This document shows positions 29,661 through 37,269 of a DNA stretch of 64,000 nt, one piece after another; positions within the stretch are counted from its first letter, which is position 1, and every line of letters starts with the position of its first letter. The position numbers and the translations under genes were made by a program. This stretch comes from a bacterium (GTDB taxonomy: Bacteria; Bacillota_I; Bacilli_A; RFN20; CAG-826), in NCBI GenBank assembly GCA_963611815.1, contig CAVDSY010000025.1, positions 1,596 through 65,595 of the forward strand, read 5' to 3'. The notes under the pieces were generated by a model that searched no databases, had not been told where the DNA came from, and saw only the letters and a program-made list of their open reading frames with translations.

Positions 29661-29688
29661 TTCCCTTGCATCAACAAGGAGTTTTCTT

Positions 29689-31101
29689 ATGGCTTTCCAA
29701 GGAATCAAAGGCACGCACGACCTCTATGGCGATGAGGCGGATGCCTATACTTACATCCAAAACGTCTTCAGCGCGGTCGCCGAACTCTATGGCTACCGCA
29801 AAATCGAGACCCCCATGCTCGAGTACACCGAGGTTTTCGACCGTTCAACGGGCGAAAGCAGCGACGTTGTCAGGAAGGAAATGTACACCTTCGAAGACAA
29901 GGGAGGACGCTCTTTGACTCTCCGTCCGGAAGGGACGGCCGGGGTCATCCGCTCAATAGTCGAGCACAAGCTCTACGCGACTTGCGACCTTCCTCTCAAG
30001 GTCTATTACAACGGACCGGTCTTCCGCTACGAAAGACCGCAATTAGGAAGGTATCGCCAGTTCATTCAGGCCGGCGTCGAAGCGGTGGGGGTCGACAGCG
30101 CGAGGCTGGACGCCGAATGCGTTTGCCTGGCCATGGACGTGCTCTCTTATCTTGGCTTCGATCACCTCAAGGTCAAAGTTAACACCTTGGGCGACGCCGA
30201 TAGCCGCAAAGCCTACAAAGAGGCGCTCCGCTCTTTCTTCGCCTCGCGCATCGAGACGATGTGCGACGACTGCAAGCAAAGGCTTCTCCTCAACCCAATG
30301 CGCATCCTCGACTGCAAAGTCGCTTCCGACCAAGAGATAGTCAAAGAAGCGCCAAAGATGAAGGATTACCTCTCTTTGGACGCGAGCAAGCGCTTCTACG
30401 AGACCCTTTCCATCCTCAACGACCAGGAAATTGAGTACGAGATCGACGATTCGCTCGTCAGAGGCCTCGATTACTATGGCCAAGTCGTCTTTGAGGTCCA
30501 CGCCATCTCCAAGGAAGGCAAAGACTACGGTGCGCTCCTCGGCGGCGGCCATTACGATGGCATGATGGGCAATTTCGCCGGGCCGAAGGAAAACGATTCC
30601 GGCGTCGGATTCGCCCTCGGCGTCGAGCGCATCTACTCCCTCATGAAAGACAACGCTATGCTTGGCGAGCTGACCCATGGCCTTGATCTCTACATGATGC
30701 CAATAGGCGATGAGGCGAAAGACGATTGCTTCGCTTTGACGCAGGCTCTCCGTCGCGAAGGATATTCCGTCGAGATGCCTTTCAATGGCGGAAAGCTCGG
30801 CTCGTTGTTCAAGAAAGCAGTCAGAGCCAACGCCAAATTCGCCGTCATCGCCGGCAAGGACGACATCGACCAGAATCTAGTCCAGGTCAAGAACCTCGCC
30901 ACCCAAGAGCAAAAGCCCGTGGACATCTCGAATCTTGCCAATTACCTAGACGCCCAATTCGCGAAGCTGGAAGGCGGGCACGACCATGACTGCTGCTGCG
31001 GCGGTGATGAGCATGAAGAAGGCTGCTGCTGCGGCCATCATCACGAAGAAGAAAGCGAAGAAGGCGGGCATCATTGCTGCTGCCACCAGAAGGAGGAATG
31101 A
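29689..31101 (+). CDS. hisS: Histidine--tRNA ligase with Cys/His-rich C-terminal extension
   Basis: Class II motifs (FRYERPQLGRYRQF, GGGHYD) and an anticodon-binding domain, followed by the 40-aa tail HDHDCCCGGDEHEEGCCCGHHHEEESEEGGHHCCCHQKEE. Confidence 0.95.
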   Translation: MAFQGIKGTHDLYGDEADAYTYIQNVFSAVAELYGYRKIETPMLEYTEVFDRSTGESSDVVRKEMYTFEDKGGRSLTLRPEGTAGVIRSIVEHKLYATCDLPLKVYYNGPVFRYERPQLGRYRQFIQAGVEAVGVDSARLDAECVCLAMDVLSYLGFDHLKVKVNTLGDADSRKAYKEALRSFFASRIETMCDDCKQRLLLNPMRILDCKVASDQEIVKEAPKMKDYLSLDASKRFYETLSILNDQEIEYEIDDSLVRGLDYYGQVVFEVHAISKEGKDYGALLGGGHYDGMMGNFAGPKENDSGVGFALGVERIYSLMKDNAMLGELTHGLDLYMMPIGDEAKDDCFALTQALRREGYSVEMPFNGGKLGSLFKKAVRANAKFAVIAGKDDIDQNLVQVKNLATQEQKPVDISNLANYLDAQFAKLEGGHDHDCCCGGDEHEEGCCCGHHHEEESEEGGHHCCCHQKEE

Positions 31102-31102
31102 C

Positions 31103-32836
31103 ATGGAACGCACCATTTGGAACGGTTTGCTAAGGAAAGAGAACGCAGGGCAGGAAGTCACTCTCTGCGGATGGGCTGCGAAGGTCAGAAAGCTCGGGGG
31201 CATCGAATTCATCGACCTCCGCGATTCGACCGGCATCGTCCAACTCACCGTCAACGATCCCTCCGCCATACCCGACGTGAGGAACGAATACGTTCTTCAG
31301 GTCAAAGGCGTGGTGGGTCTAAAAAAGGATCCGAACCCCTCTTTGCCTACGGGCGAAGTCGAGGTTATCGTCTCGTCTTTGACCGTCCTCAACAAAGCCG
31401 ATACCACCCCATTCATCATCGCCGATAAGACCGATGCTTTGGAGGAGACGCGCCTTCAATACCGCTATCTCGACATCCGCCGTCCTTATATTCTCAACAA
31501 ACTCAAAGCCAGGGCGAAGATCGTCAAAGATTTCCATGAATATTTCGATGCGAATGGATTTTTGGAGGTCGACACACCTGCTTTGAACGTCTCTTCCCCG
31601 GAAGGGGCGAAAGAGTATCTCGTCCCATCGAGGGTCCATCCTGGATCTTTCTACGCCCTTCCCCAATCCCCGCAGCTTTGGAAGCAGCTTCTCATGATCG
31701 GCGGGGTCGAGCGCTATTACCAAGTAGCCAAATGTTTCAGGGATGAAGATCTCCGCGCCGACAGGCAGCCGGAATTCACCCAACTCGATCTCGAGTGCTC
31801 GTTCCTCGATCAGAATCAGATCCTTTCCTTGATGGAGGGGTTCTTAGCCAAGATTTTCAAGGACGTCGCTGGATACGAAGTGCCTTTGCCGCTTAGGAGA
31901 ATGCCTTTCTGGGAAGCCATGGACACTTATGGCAGCGACAAGCCCGATACGCGCTATGGATTGGAGATTCACGATCTCAAAGCACTGCTCGGCGACATCG
32001 CCTTCAAGGGTTTTGAGGGCCAAGAATACATCAAAGGCATCGTCGTCCCGGGGCAAGGAAAGGAAACCTCCCGCAAGGTCCTCGATGAGCTCACCTTGGA
32101 AGCCAGAAAATTCAACCTGAAAGGCGTGCTTTCCCTCAAGATGGAAAACGGGGTCATCGCCGGCTCGTTCGCGAAATTCGTCGATGATGCCCACGCTAAG
32201 GCGATCGTCGATGCACTAGGTCTTAAAGAAGACGACCTGCTCATTTTCGCAAGTTCCTCCTCGAGAAGGGACATCGATTTCGGGCTAGGCGCCCTCCGCA
32301 CGCTCTTCGCGAAGAAACTCAGCCTCATCAAGCCCGGGACCTACGATCTCCTTTGGATCATCGACTTCCCGATGTTCACCCCAGTGGAAGGGGAGGAAGG
32401 CAAATACGTGGCCGAGCACCATCCTTTCACCCGCCCGCGCGACGAGGACCTGCCTCTTCTCGACACAAAGCCGGAAGAAGTGCTTGCTTACGCTTACGAC
32501 ATCGTCATCAACGGCTACGAAGCCGGTGGCGGCACTCTCCGCATTTACGATCACGATACCCAGTGGAAGATATTCAAAATCCTCGGGCTCAGCGACGAGG
32601 ACGTCGCCAGGAAATTCGGCTGGTTCATTGACGCTTTCAAGTATGGCGCCCCCCCGCATGGCGGCTTGGCCTTCGGGCTTGATCGTCTTGCGATGATTCT
32701 GACGGGGACAGACAACATTCGCGACGTCGAGGCTTTCCCGAAGAACCTCCAGGCCAGCGATCCTCTCTCCCACGCCCCGCAGCCGGTCACCGACGAACAG
32801 CTCGAAACCGTTTCGATCAAAGTGGTGGAGAAATAA
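31103..32836 (+). CDS. aspS: Aspartate--tRNA ligase
   Basis: ORF 30986..32836 trimmed to ATG 31103 (AAGGAGGA SD at 31090-31097, inside the hisS 3' end). OB-fold N-terminus and FRDEDLRADRQPEFTQLD. Confidence 0.95.
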   Translation: MERTIWNGLLRKENAGQEVTLCGWAAKVRKLGGIEFIDLRDSTGIVQLTVNDPSAIPDVRNEYVLQVKGVVGLKKDPNPSLPTGEVEVIVSSLTVLNKADTTPFIIADKTDALEETRLQYRYLDIRRPYILNKLKARAKIVKDFHEYFDANGFLEVDTPALNVSSPEGAKEYLVPSRVHPGSFYALPQSPQLWKQLLMIGGVERYYQVAKCFRDEDLRADRQPEFTQLDLECSFLDQNQILSLMEGFLAKIFKDVAGYEVPLPLRRMPFWEAMDTYGSDKPDTRYGLEIHDLKALLGDIAFKGFEGQEYIKGIVVPGQGKETSRKVLDELTLEARKFNLKGVLSLKMENGVIAGSFAKFVDDAHAKAIVDALGLKEDDLLIFASSSSRRDIDFGLGALRTLFAKKLSLIKPGTYDLLWIIDFPMFTPVEGEEGKYVAEHHPFTRPRDEDLPLLDTKPEEVLAYAYDIVINGYEAGGGTLRIYDHDTQWKIFKILGLSDEDVARKFGWFIDAFKYGAPPHGGLAFGLDRLAMILTGTDNIRDVEAFPKNLQASDPLSHAPQPVTDEQLETVSIKVVEK

Positions 32837-32838
32837 CT

Positions 32839-32857
32839 CTATATACTTTGTATATAG
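32839..32857. repeat. Perfect 8-bp inverted repeat in the aspS-tkt spacer
   Basis: CTATATAC-TTT-GTATATAG. All-AT-rich stem with no T-run, so it may be an operator or a weak hairpin. Confidence 0.6.
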
Positions 32858-32878
32858 TATTATCCAATTAACAACTAG

Positions 32879-32888
32879 AAAACTACTA
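32879..32888 (-). repeat. TAGTAGTTTT motif copy a (reads ATTAGTAGTTTT on the minus strand)
   Basis: Plus strand AAAACTACTAAT at 32879-32890, about 15 nt before the tkt ATG. Confidence 0.9.
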
Positions 32889-32905
32889 ATAGAAAGGCCA
32901 AGCAC

Positions 32906-34867
32906 ATGGATAAAAATATTGATTCGCTGTCCGTAAGCGCCATCCGCGCCCTCGTCATCGACACGATTAACAAAGCCAACTCGGGGCATCCGGGAATGGC
33001 GTTAGACGCCGCTCCGATGATGTACGCGCTTTATCGCGACCACCTCATCGCCGATCCTTCCGACCCCAAATGGGTCAACCGCGATCGCTTGGTCTATAGC
33101 GCCGGCCATCCTAGCGCTCTCATATACTCCTTGCTCCATTTGACCGGCTACAACGTCACGATGGATGACCTCAAATCCTTCCGCCAGCTCGGCTCGAAGA
33201 CCCCCGGGCATCCCGAAGTCACGATCACCGACGGCATTGACGCCACGGCTGGCCCTCTCGGGCAGGGCATCTCCCAGGCCGTCGGCATGGCCATGGCCGA
33301 AAAAGCCGCCGCCGCCCAATATCCAAACGGTTCCGAGATCATGGACCATTACACCTATTGCCTTTGCGGCGACGGGTGCCTCGAAGAGGGGATCTCCCAC
33401 GAAGCGATCGCTTTGGCGGGCCATTTCAAGCTCAACAAACTTATTCTCCTTTACGACGAAAACGGGGCGACTCTTGACGGCCCGAGCGCCAATTCTTTGA
33501 CGGAATCGGTGAAGCTGCGTTTCCTCGCCGAGGAATGGAATGTCCTCGAGGTCGCTGACGGCAACGATGTCGACGCGGTTTCGAAAGCGATAGGGGAAGC
33601 CAAGCAAAGTGCTCTCTACCCGACCTTGATCATCGTCCATACTGTGATTGGCTATGGCTCCGCCAAGCAAGGGACCTCCGCCACGCACGGGGCGCCTTTG
33701 GGAAAGGAAGACGGCGCCCACGCAAAAGAGATCTATGGCTATACCTACCCCGAATTCACCGTCCCCGATGAGGTTTACGCCAATTTCCAGGAAACCTTCG
33801 TCAAACGCGGAAAGAAAGCCCACGAAGATTATGTCAGGCGCTTCGTCGCCTATCAGAAAGAGAATGAGGAGCAGGCGAGAGTTTTCCTCGATGCGATGAA
33901 CCGCAACATCGACCCATATCTCCCCGAATTCGATTTCGAGGACAAAGAGGAAGCCTCCCGTGCCTCCTCTGGCCGCTTGCTGCAGCATTACGCCTCCTCC
34001 ATACCCTTCGCTTTCGGTGGCAGCGCCGACGTGGCGGGGTCGGTCAAGACAGCCGTCAAAGGCGCAATCGACTTCACCCCATCACACCCAGAGGGGAGGA
34101 ACGTCAACTGGGGCATCAGGGAATTCGGCATGGCCGGGGCGATGAACGGCATCCTGCTCCACGGGGGACTCGTTCCTTATGTCGGAAGCTTCCTCATCTT
34201 CGCCGACTACATGAAGCCAGCAATTCGCATGGCCGCGATGGAAGAGATCCCCGCGATCTACCTTTTCTCGCATGATTCACTGGCCGTAGGGGAAGACGGG
34301 ACGACCCACCAGCCGATCGAACAGCTCACGATGCTAAGAAGCATCCCCAACGTGAAGGTCTTCCGCCCCGCCGACAGCCATGAGACGCTTCTATGCTATA
34401 AGGAGGCCTTCGCCTCCAAAAAGACGCCCAGCGCCTTGATATTGACTCGTCAGAATCTTCCTTTGCTCCCTGTCCATGATGAAGACGGCGTGAAGAAAGG
34501 TGCTTACTTTGTGAAAAAAAGCGAAGGCGCGGTGGCGGAGATCCTCGCCACAGGAAGCGAGGTTTCCCTCGCTCTTGAAGCCAGCGCCTTATTGGAAAGC
34601 GACGGCATCTTCGTCGACGTTGTGAGCATGCCTTGCTTGGAGAATTTCGCTTCTCAGGATGATGACTACAAAGAGCAGATCCTCAATCAGCCCTATGAAA
34701 GCCGCTTCTCCCTTGAGATGGGCTCGACCTTCCTTTGGGGACGCTACGCGAAGCACAACATCGGCGTGGATACCTTCGGCAAGAGCGGGAAGGCAAATGA
34801 CGTCCTTGAAGACTACGGCTTCACTAGCCGCAGCATCGCGAAAAAGATCCTCGACGTGATAAAATGA
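32906..34867 (+). CDS. tkt: Transketolase
   Basis: SGHPG, ThDP-binding motif GDGCLEEGISHEA, EDGTTHQPIE. Confidence 0.95.
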   Translation: MDKNIDSLSVSAIRALVIDTINKANSGHPGMALDAAPMMYALYRDHLIADPSDPKWVNRDRLVYSAGHPSALIYSLLHLTGYNVTMDDLKSFRQLGSKTPGHPEVTITDGIDATAGPLGQGISQAVGMAMAEKAAAAQYPNGSEIMDHYTYCLCGDGCLEEGISHEAIALAGHFKLNKLILLYDENGATLDGPSANSLTESVKLRFLAEEWNVLEVADGNDVDAVSKAIGEAKQSALYPTLIIVHTVIGYGSAKQGTSATHGAPLGKEDGAHAKEIYGYTYPEFTVPDEVYANFQETFVKRGKKAHEDYVRRFVAYQKENEEQARVFLDAMNRNIDPYLPEFDFEDKEEASRASSGRLLQHYASSIPFAFGGSADVAGSVKTAVKGAIDFTPSHPEGRNVNWGIREFGMAGAMNGILLHGGLVPYVGSFLIFADYMKPAIRMAAMEEIPAIYLFSHDSLAVGEDGTTHQPIEQLTMLRSIPNVKVFRPADSHETLLCYKEAFASKKTPSALILTRQNLPLLPVHDEDGVKKGAYFVKKSEGAVAEILATGSEVSLALEASALLESDGIFVDVVSMPCLENFASQDDDYKEQILNQPYESRFSLEMGSTFLWGRYAKHNIGVDTFGKSGKANDVLEDYGFTSRSIAKKILDVIK

Positions 34868-34871
34868 CCTT

Positions 34872-35207
34872 ATGAGCGATTATTTGGAAATTAACAACTA
34901 TTCCTCGAATGGGAAGCTTCGCATCTCGCGGAAAGCCATCAGGGCGATCGTCGGGAGAAGCGTAAGCAACATCACCGGGGCGAGCTTAGGAAAAGGCAAG
35001 AAGCGCCTTCTTCAGATCGCGAGCCCCATCGCGATCGTCCTCTCTAACGATGGCAAGATAAAAGTCTCTGTCTCGATTACCCTGCCCACCGGATCGCAGG
35101 TCAAAGACATCTGCCTCGCCCTTCAGAAGGAGATCGCGACCAATCTCTCGATGATGATAGAAGCGGTGCCGAACGAGATCCACGTCCACGTCTCTTCATT
35201 CGCCTGA
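34872..35207 (+). CDS. Asp23/Gls24-family envelope stress protein
   Basis: Size and the ISRKAIRAIVGRSVSNITG pattern are typical of the Asp23 family. Position before nusB matches Bacillus yqhY. Confidence 0.8.
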   Translation: MSDYLEINNYSSNGKLRISRKAIRAIVGRSVSNITGASLGKGKKRLLQIASPIAIVLSNDGKIKVSVSITLPTGSQVKDICLALQKEIATNLSMMIEAVPNEIHVHVSSFA

Positions 35208-35210
35208 AAT

Positions 35211-35227
35211 GCCCTTCGGGGCTTTTT
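35211..35227 (+). terminator. Weak terminator after the asp23-like gene
   Basis: GCCC-TTCG-GGGC stem-loop (only 4 bp) followed by TTTTT. Confidence 0.4.
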
Positions 35228-35282
35228 CTTTAGGGTAAACGCTTACTTTCCTGAGGTTGGCTTAGGAATAGATAAAGAATTG

Positions 35283-35291
35283 TGCTATCAT
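35283..35291 (+). promoter_or_regulatory. Extended -10 candidate upstream of nusB
   Basis: TGcTATCAT, 29 nt before the nusB ATG. Confidence 0.4.
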
Positions 35292-35320
35292 CTTTTGGCT
35301 TTTGAGGCATTGTTATTTTT

Positions 35321-35767
35321 ATGGAAGAAGTTGCAGAGGAAATCTCTTGGAGAGAAGGAAGCAGGAATTCCCTGCAAAGCGCGGCCATGACCGCGATTTA
35401 CGATGAGCTCACCTACATCGGCATGAATGAGCCGGTCGACATCGAGGATATCGTCTCCTCCCTTTTGGATGAGCCTTATGAAGACTGCGACCTCTTCGTC
35501 AAAGCCGCGGCGATATACGCGATTAAGTACCGCGACGAAGCAATCGAGAAATTCAACGCTCACATGAGGAGATGGACGTTCGACCGCCTCAATCGTTTGG
35601 AACAGGCGATTCTCCTCCTCGCCTACGTGCATTTCTACGCGATTGAGAAAGAGATAAGCAAGAAAGTCGTGATTTCCGTGGCCATCAGACTCGCGAAGAC
35701 ATATTTGGGAAAAGACGATTACAAATTCGTAAACGGGATCCTCGACAAGACCCTGGTGAGAGAATGA
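35321..35767 (+). CDS. nusB: Transcription antitermination factor NusB
   Basis: All-helical ~148 aa protein with C-terminal DYKFVNGILDK. The nusB-xseA-xseB-dxs order matches Bacillus. Confidence 0.85.
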   Translation: MEEVAEEISWREGSRNSLQSAAMTAIYDELTYIGMNEPVDIEDIVSSLLDEPYEDCDLFVKAAAIYAIKYRDEAIEKFNAHMRRWTFDRLNRLEQAILLLAYVHFYAIEKEISKKVVISVAIRLAKTYLGKDDYKFVNGILDKTLVRE

Positions 35768-37035
35768 GCGAGGAAAAAGGCTATCTCTCCGTCAGCGAGC
35801 TCAATTCCCGCATCCAGGCCATCCTTGAATGCGACGAGGGCCTGAGCTCGGTTTTTTTGAAGGGCGAAATCTCCAATTTCAAGATTTATCCTTCCGGCCA
35901 TGCCTATTTTTCGTTGAAGGACGAGGAATCAATCGTCAGCGCCGTCATGTGGGCAAGCTCCGCCTCGCGGCTAAGCTTCAGGCCGAACAACGGCGACAAA
36001 GTCCTCGTTCACGGGCGCATCAGCGTTTATCCTCCGCGGGGCAGCTATCAGCTCACCGTCGCCTCGATGAGGAAAGACGGCGAAGGCGATGAGCGTAGGA
36101 AACTCCGCGAGCTGGCTTTGAAGCTCAAATCAGAGGGACTTTTCGACGAAGCAAGGAAAAGGCCTTTGCCCCGTTTCCCCAAAAGAATCGCGGTCATTGC
36201 CGGAAGCGGCAGCGCAGGGATGAGGGATATAGAGGTCAATCTGTCAAAGCGGTGGCCTTTGGCAGAAATTCTTTCCTTCCCTTCTTTGGTCCAAGGAAAG
36301 CAAGCGCCGCTTGATCTCATTCGCAATCTTGAAAAAGCAAAAGAAGCGTCACCGGACGTCTTGATCATTGGCCGCGGGGGAGGCTCCAGCGAAGATTTGG
36401 GAGCTTTCAACGATGAAGCTTTGGTGAGAGCTTTGGCGCTTTTCCCGGTTCCTTTCGTTTCTGCAGTGGGGCATGAAGTCGATGTGACGTTGACTGATTT
36501 GGTCGCAGACAAGCGCGTCAGCACGCCCACAGGCGCCGCCGTCGCCTGCGTGCCCGATCAATACGAAATCATGCAACGGCTCGATGAGGCTGAAAGAAAA
36601 TTGGATGCGGAAATGTCCATGATCTTCGGTGTATTGAGAGAAAAAATAGAAAAATATCAAGCCAAGCCATATTTCAAAAATCCAGACGGGCTTTACGCAA
36701 ACGAACTGGAGAAATTGAAAAGCATGTCATCTAGGCTCGATGGCGCCTTCAGGAACGTCTTGAAGGAAAAATCAAATGAAGCCATGTATCGCGAATCGCT
36801 TTTTGCCCCATTAATCCCTAGCCGCCTGTCGACCGCTAGACAAAAAGTGCTGGCCCTAGACTCGAGGCTAGAGGCATTGAATCCAGAGAAAGTCCTTTTG
36901 CGGGGCTACTCAATAACACTTAGTGCCGATGGAAAGCCCCTGCGAAGCACAAAGCAGCTTGCTGTGGGGGATGAAATTAAAACGCGTCTAAAAGATGGTG
37001 TTATAATCTCCAAAGTGCAGGAGAAGGAGGAATAG
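35764..37035 (+). CDS. xseA: Exodeoxyribonuclease VII large subunit
   Basis: N-terminal OB fold (VFLKGEISNFKIYPSGHAYFSLKD), GRGGGS motif, C-terminal coiled coil. ATGA overlap with nusB. Confidence 0.95.
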   Translation: MSEEKGYLSVSELNSRIQAILECDEGLSSVFLKGEISNFKIYPSGHAYFSLKDEESIVSAVMWASSASRLSFRPNNGDKVLVHGRISVYPPRGSYQLTVASMRKDGEGDERRKLRELALKLKSEGLFDEARKRPLPRFPKRIAVIAGSGSAGMRDIEVNLSKRWPLAEILSFPSLVQGKQAPLDLIRNLEKAKEASPDVLIIGRGGGSSEDLGAFNDEALVRALALFPVPFVSAVGHEVDVTLTDLVADKRVSTPTGAAVACVPDQYEIMQRLDEAERKLDAEMSMIFGVLREKIEKYQAKPYFKNPDGLYANELEKLKSMSSRLDGAFRNVLKEKSNEAMYRESLFAPLIPSRLSTARQKVLALDSRLEALNPEKVLLRGYSITLSADGKPLRSTKQLAVGDEIKTRLKDGVIISKVQEKEE

Positions 37036-37037
37036 CC

Positions 37038-37247
37038 ATGGCGGATAAGAAAACTGTTAGTTTCGAAGACAAGCTCAAAAGATTGGATGAGATAACATCC
37101 AAAATCGAAGGCGAAGAACTTCCTCTTCAGGAAGCGCTGTCCCTTTATCAAGAAGGAAAAACTTTGATTAAAGAACTCCAAAACGAACTTAAAGAAGCGG
37201 AGAAAAAAGTCGATAAGCTATCGATTGACGAAGAAGATTTAAAGTAA
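37038..37247 (+). CDS. xseB: Exodeoxyribonuclease VII small subunit
   Basis: 69-aa helical protein (SFEDKLKRLDEI...LPLQEALSLYQEG) located 2 nt after xseA. Confidence 0.9.
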   Translation: MADKKTVSFEDKLKRLDEITSKIEGEELPLQEALSLYQEGKTLIKELQNELKEAEKKVDKLSIDEEDLK

Positions 37248-37252
37248 GTTAT

Positions 37253-37262
37253 TAGTAGTTTT
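37253..37262 (+). repeat. TAGTAGTTTT motif copy b (full 14-mer ATTAGTAGTTTTTT at 37251-37264)
   Basis: Starts 3 nt after the xseB stop and ends 5 nt before the dxs ATG. The 14-mer is identical to copy c. Confidence 0.95.
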
Positions 37263-37269
37263 TTAGTAT

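Noticed and set aside
30986-31102. 39-aa N-terminal extension of AspRS (MTAAAAVMSMKKAAAAA...) overlapping the hisS tail in another frame, plus minus-strand ORF 30946..31269
   Set aside because: These are by-products of the GCTGCTGC repeats. AspRS homologs start at the MERT... position, and ATG 31103 has a perfect AAGGAGGA SD.
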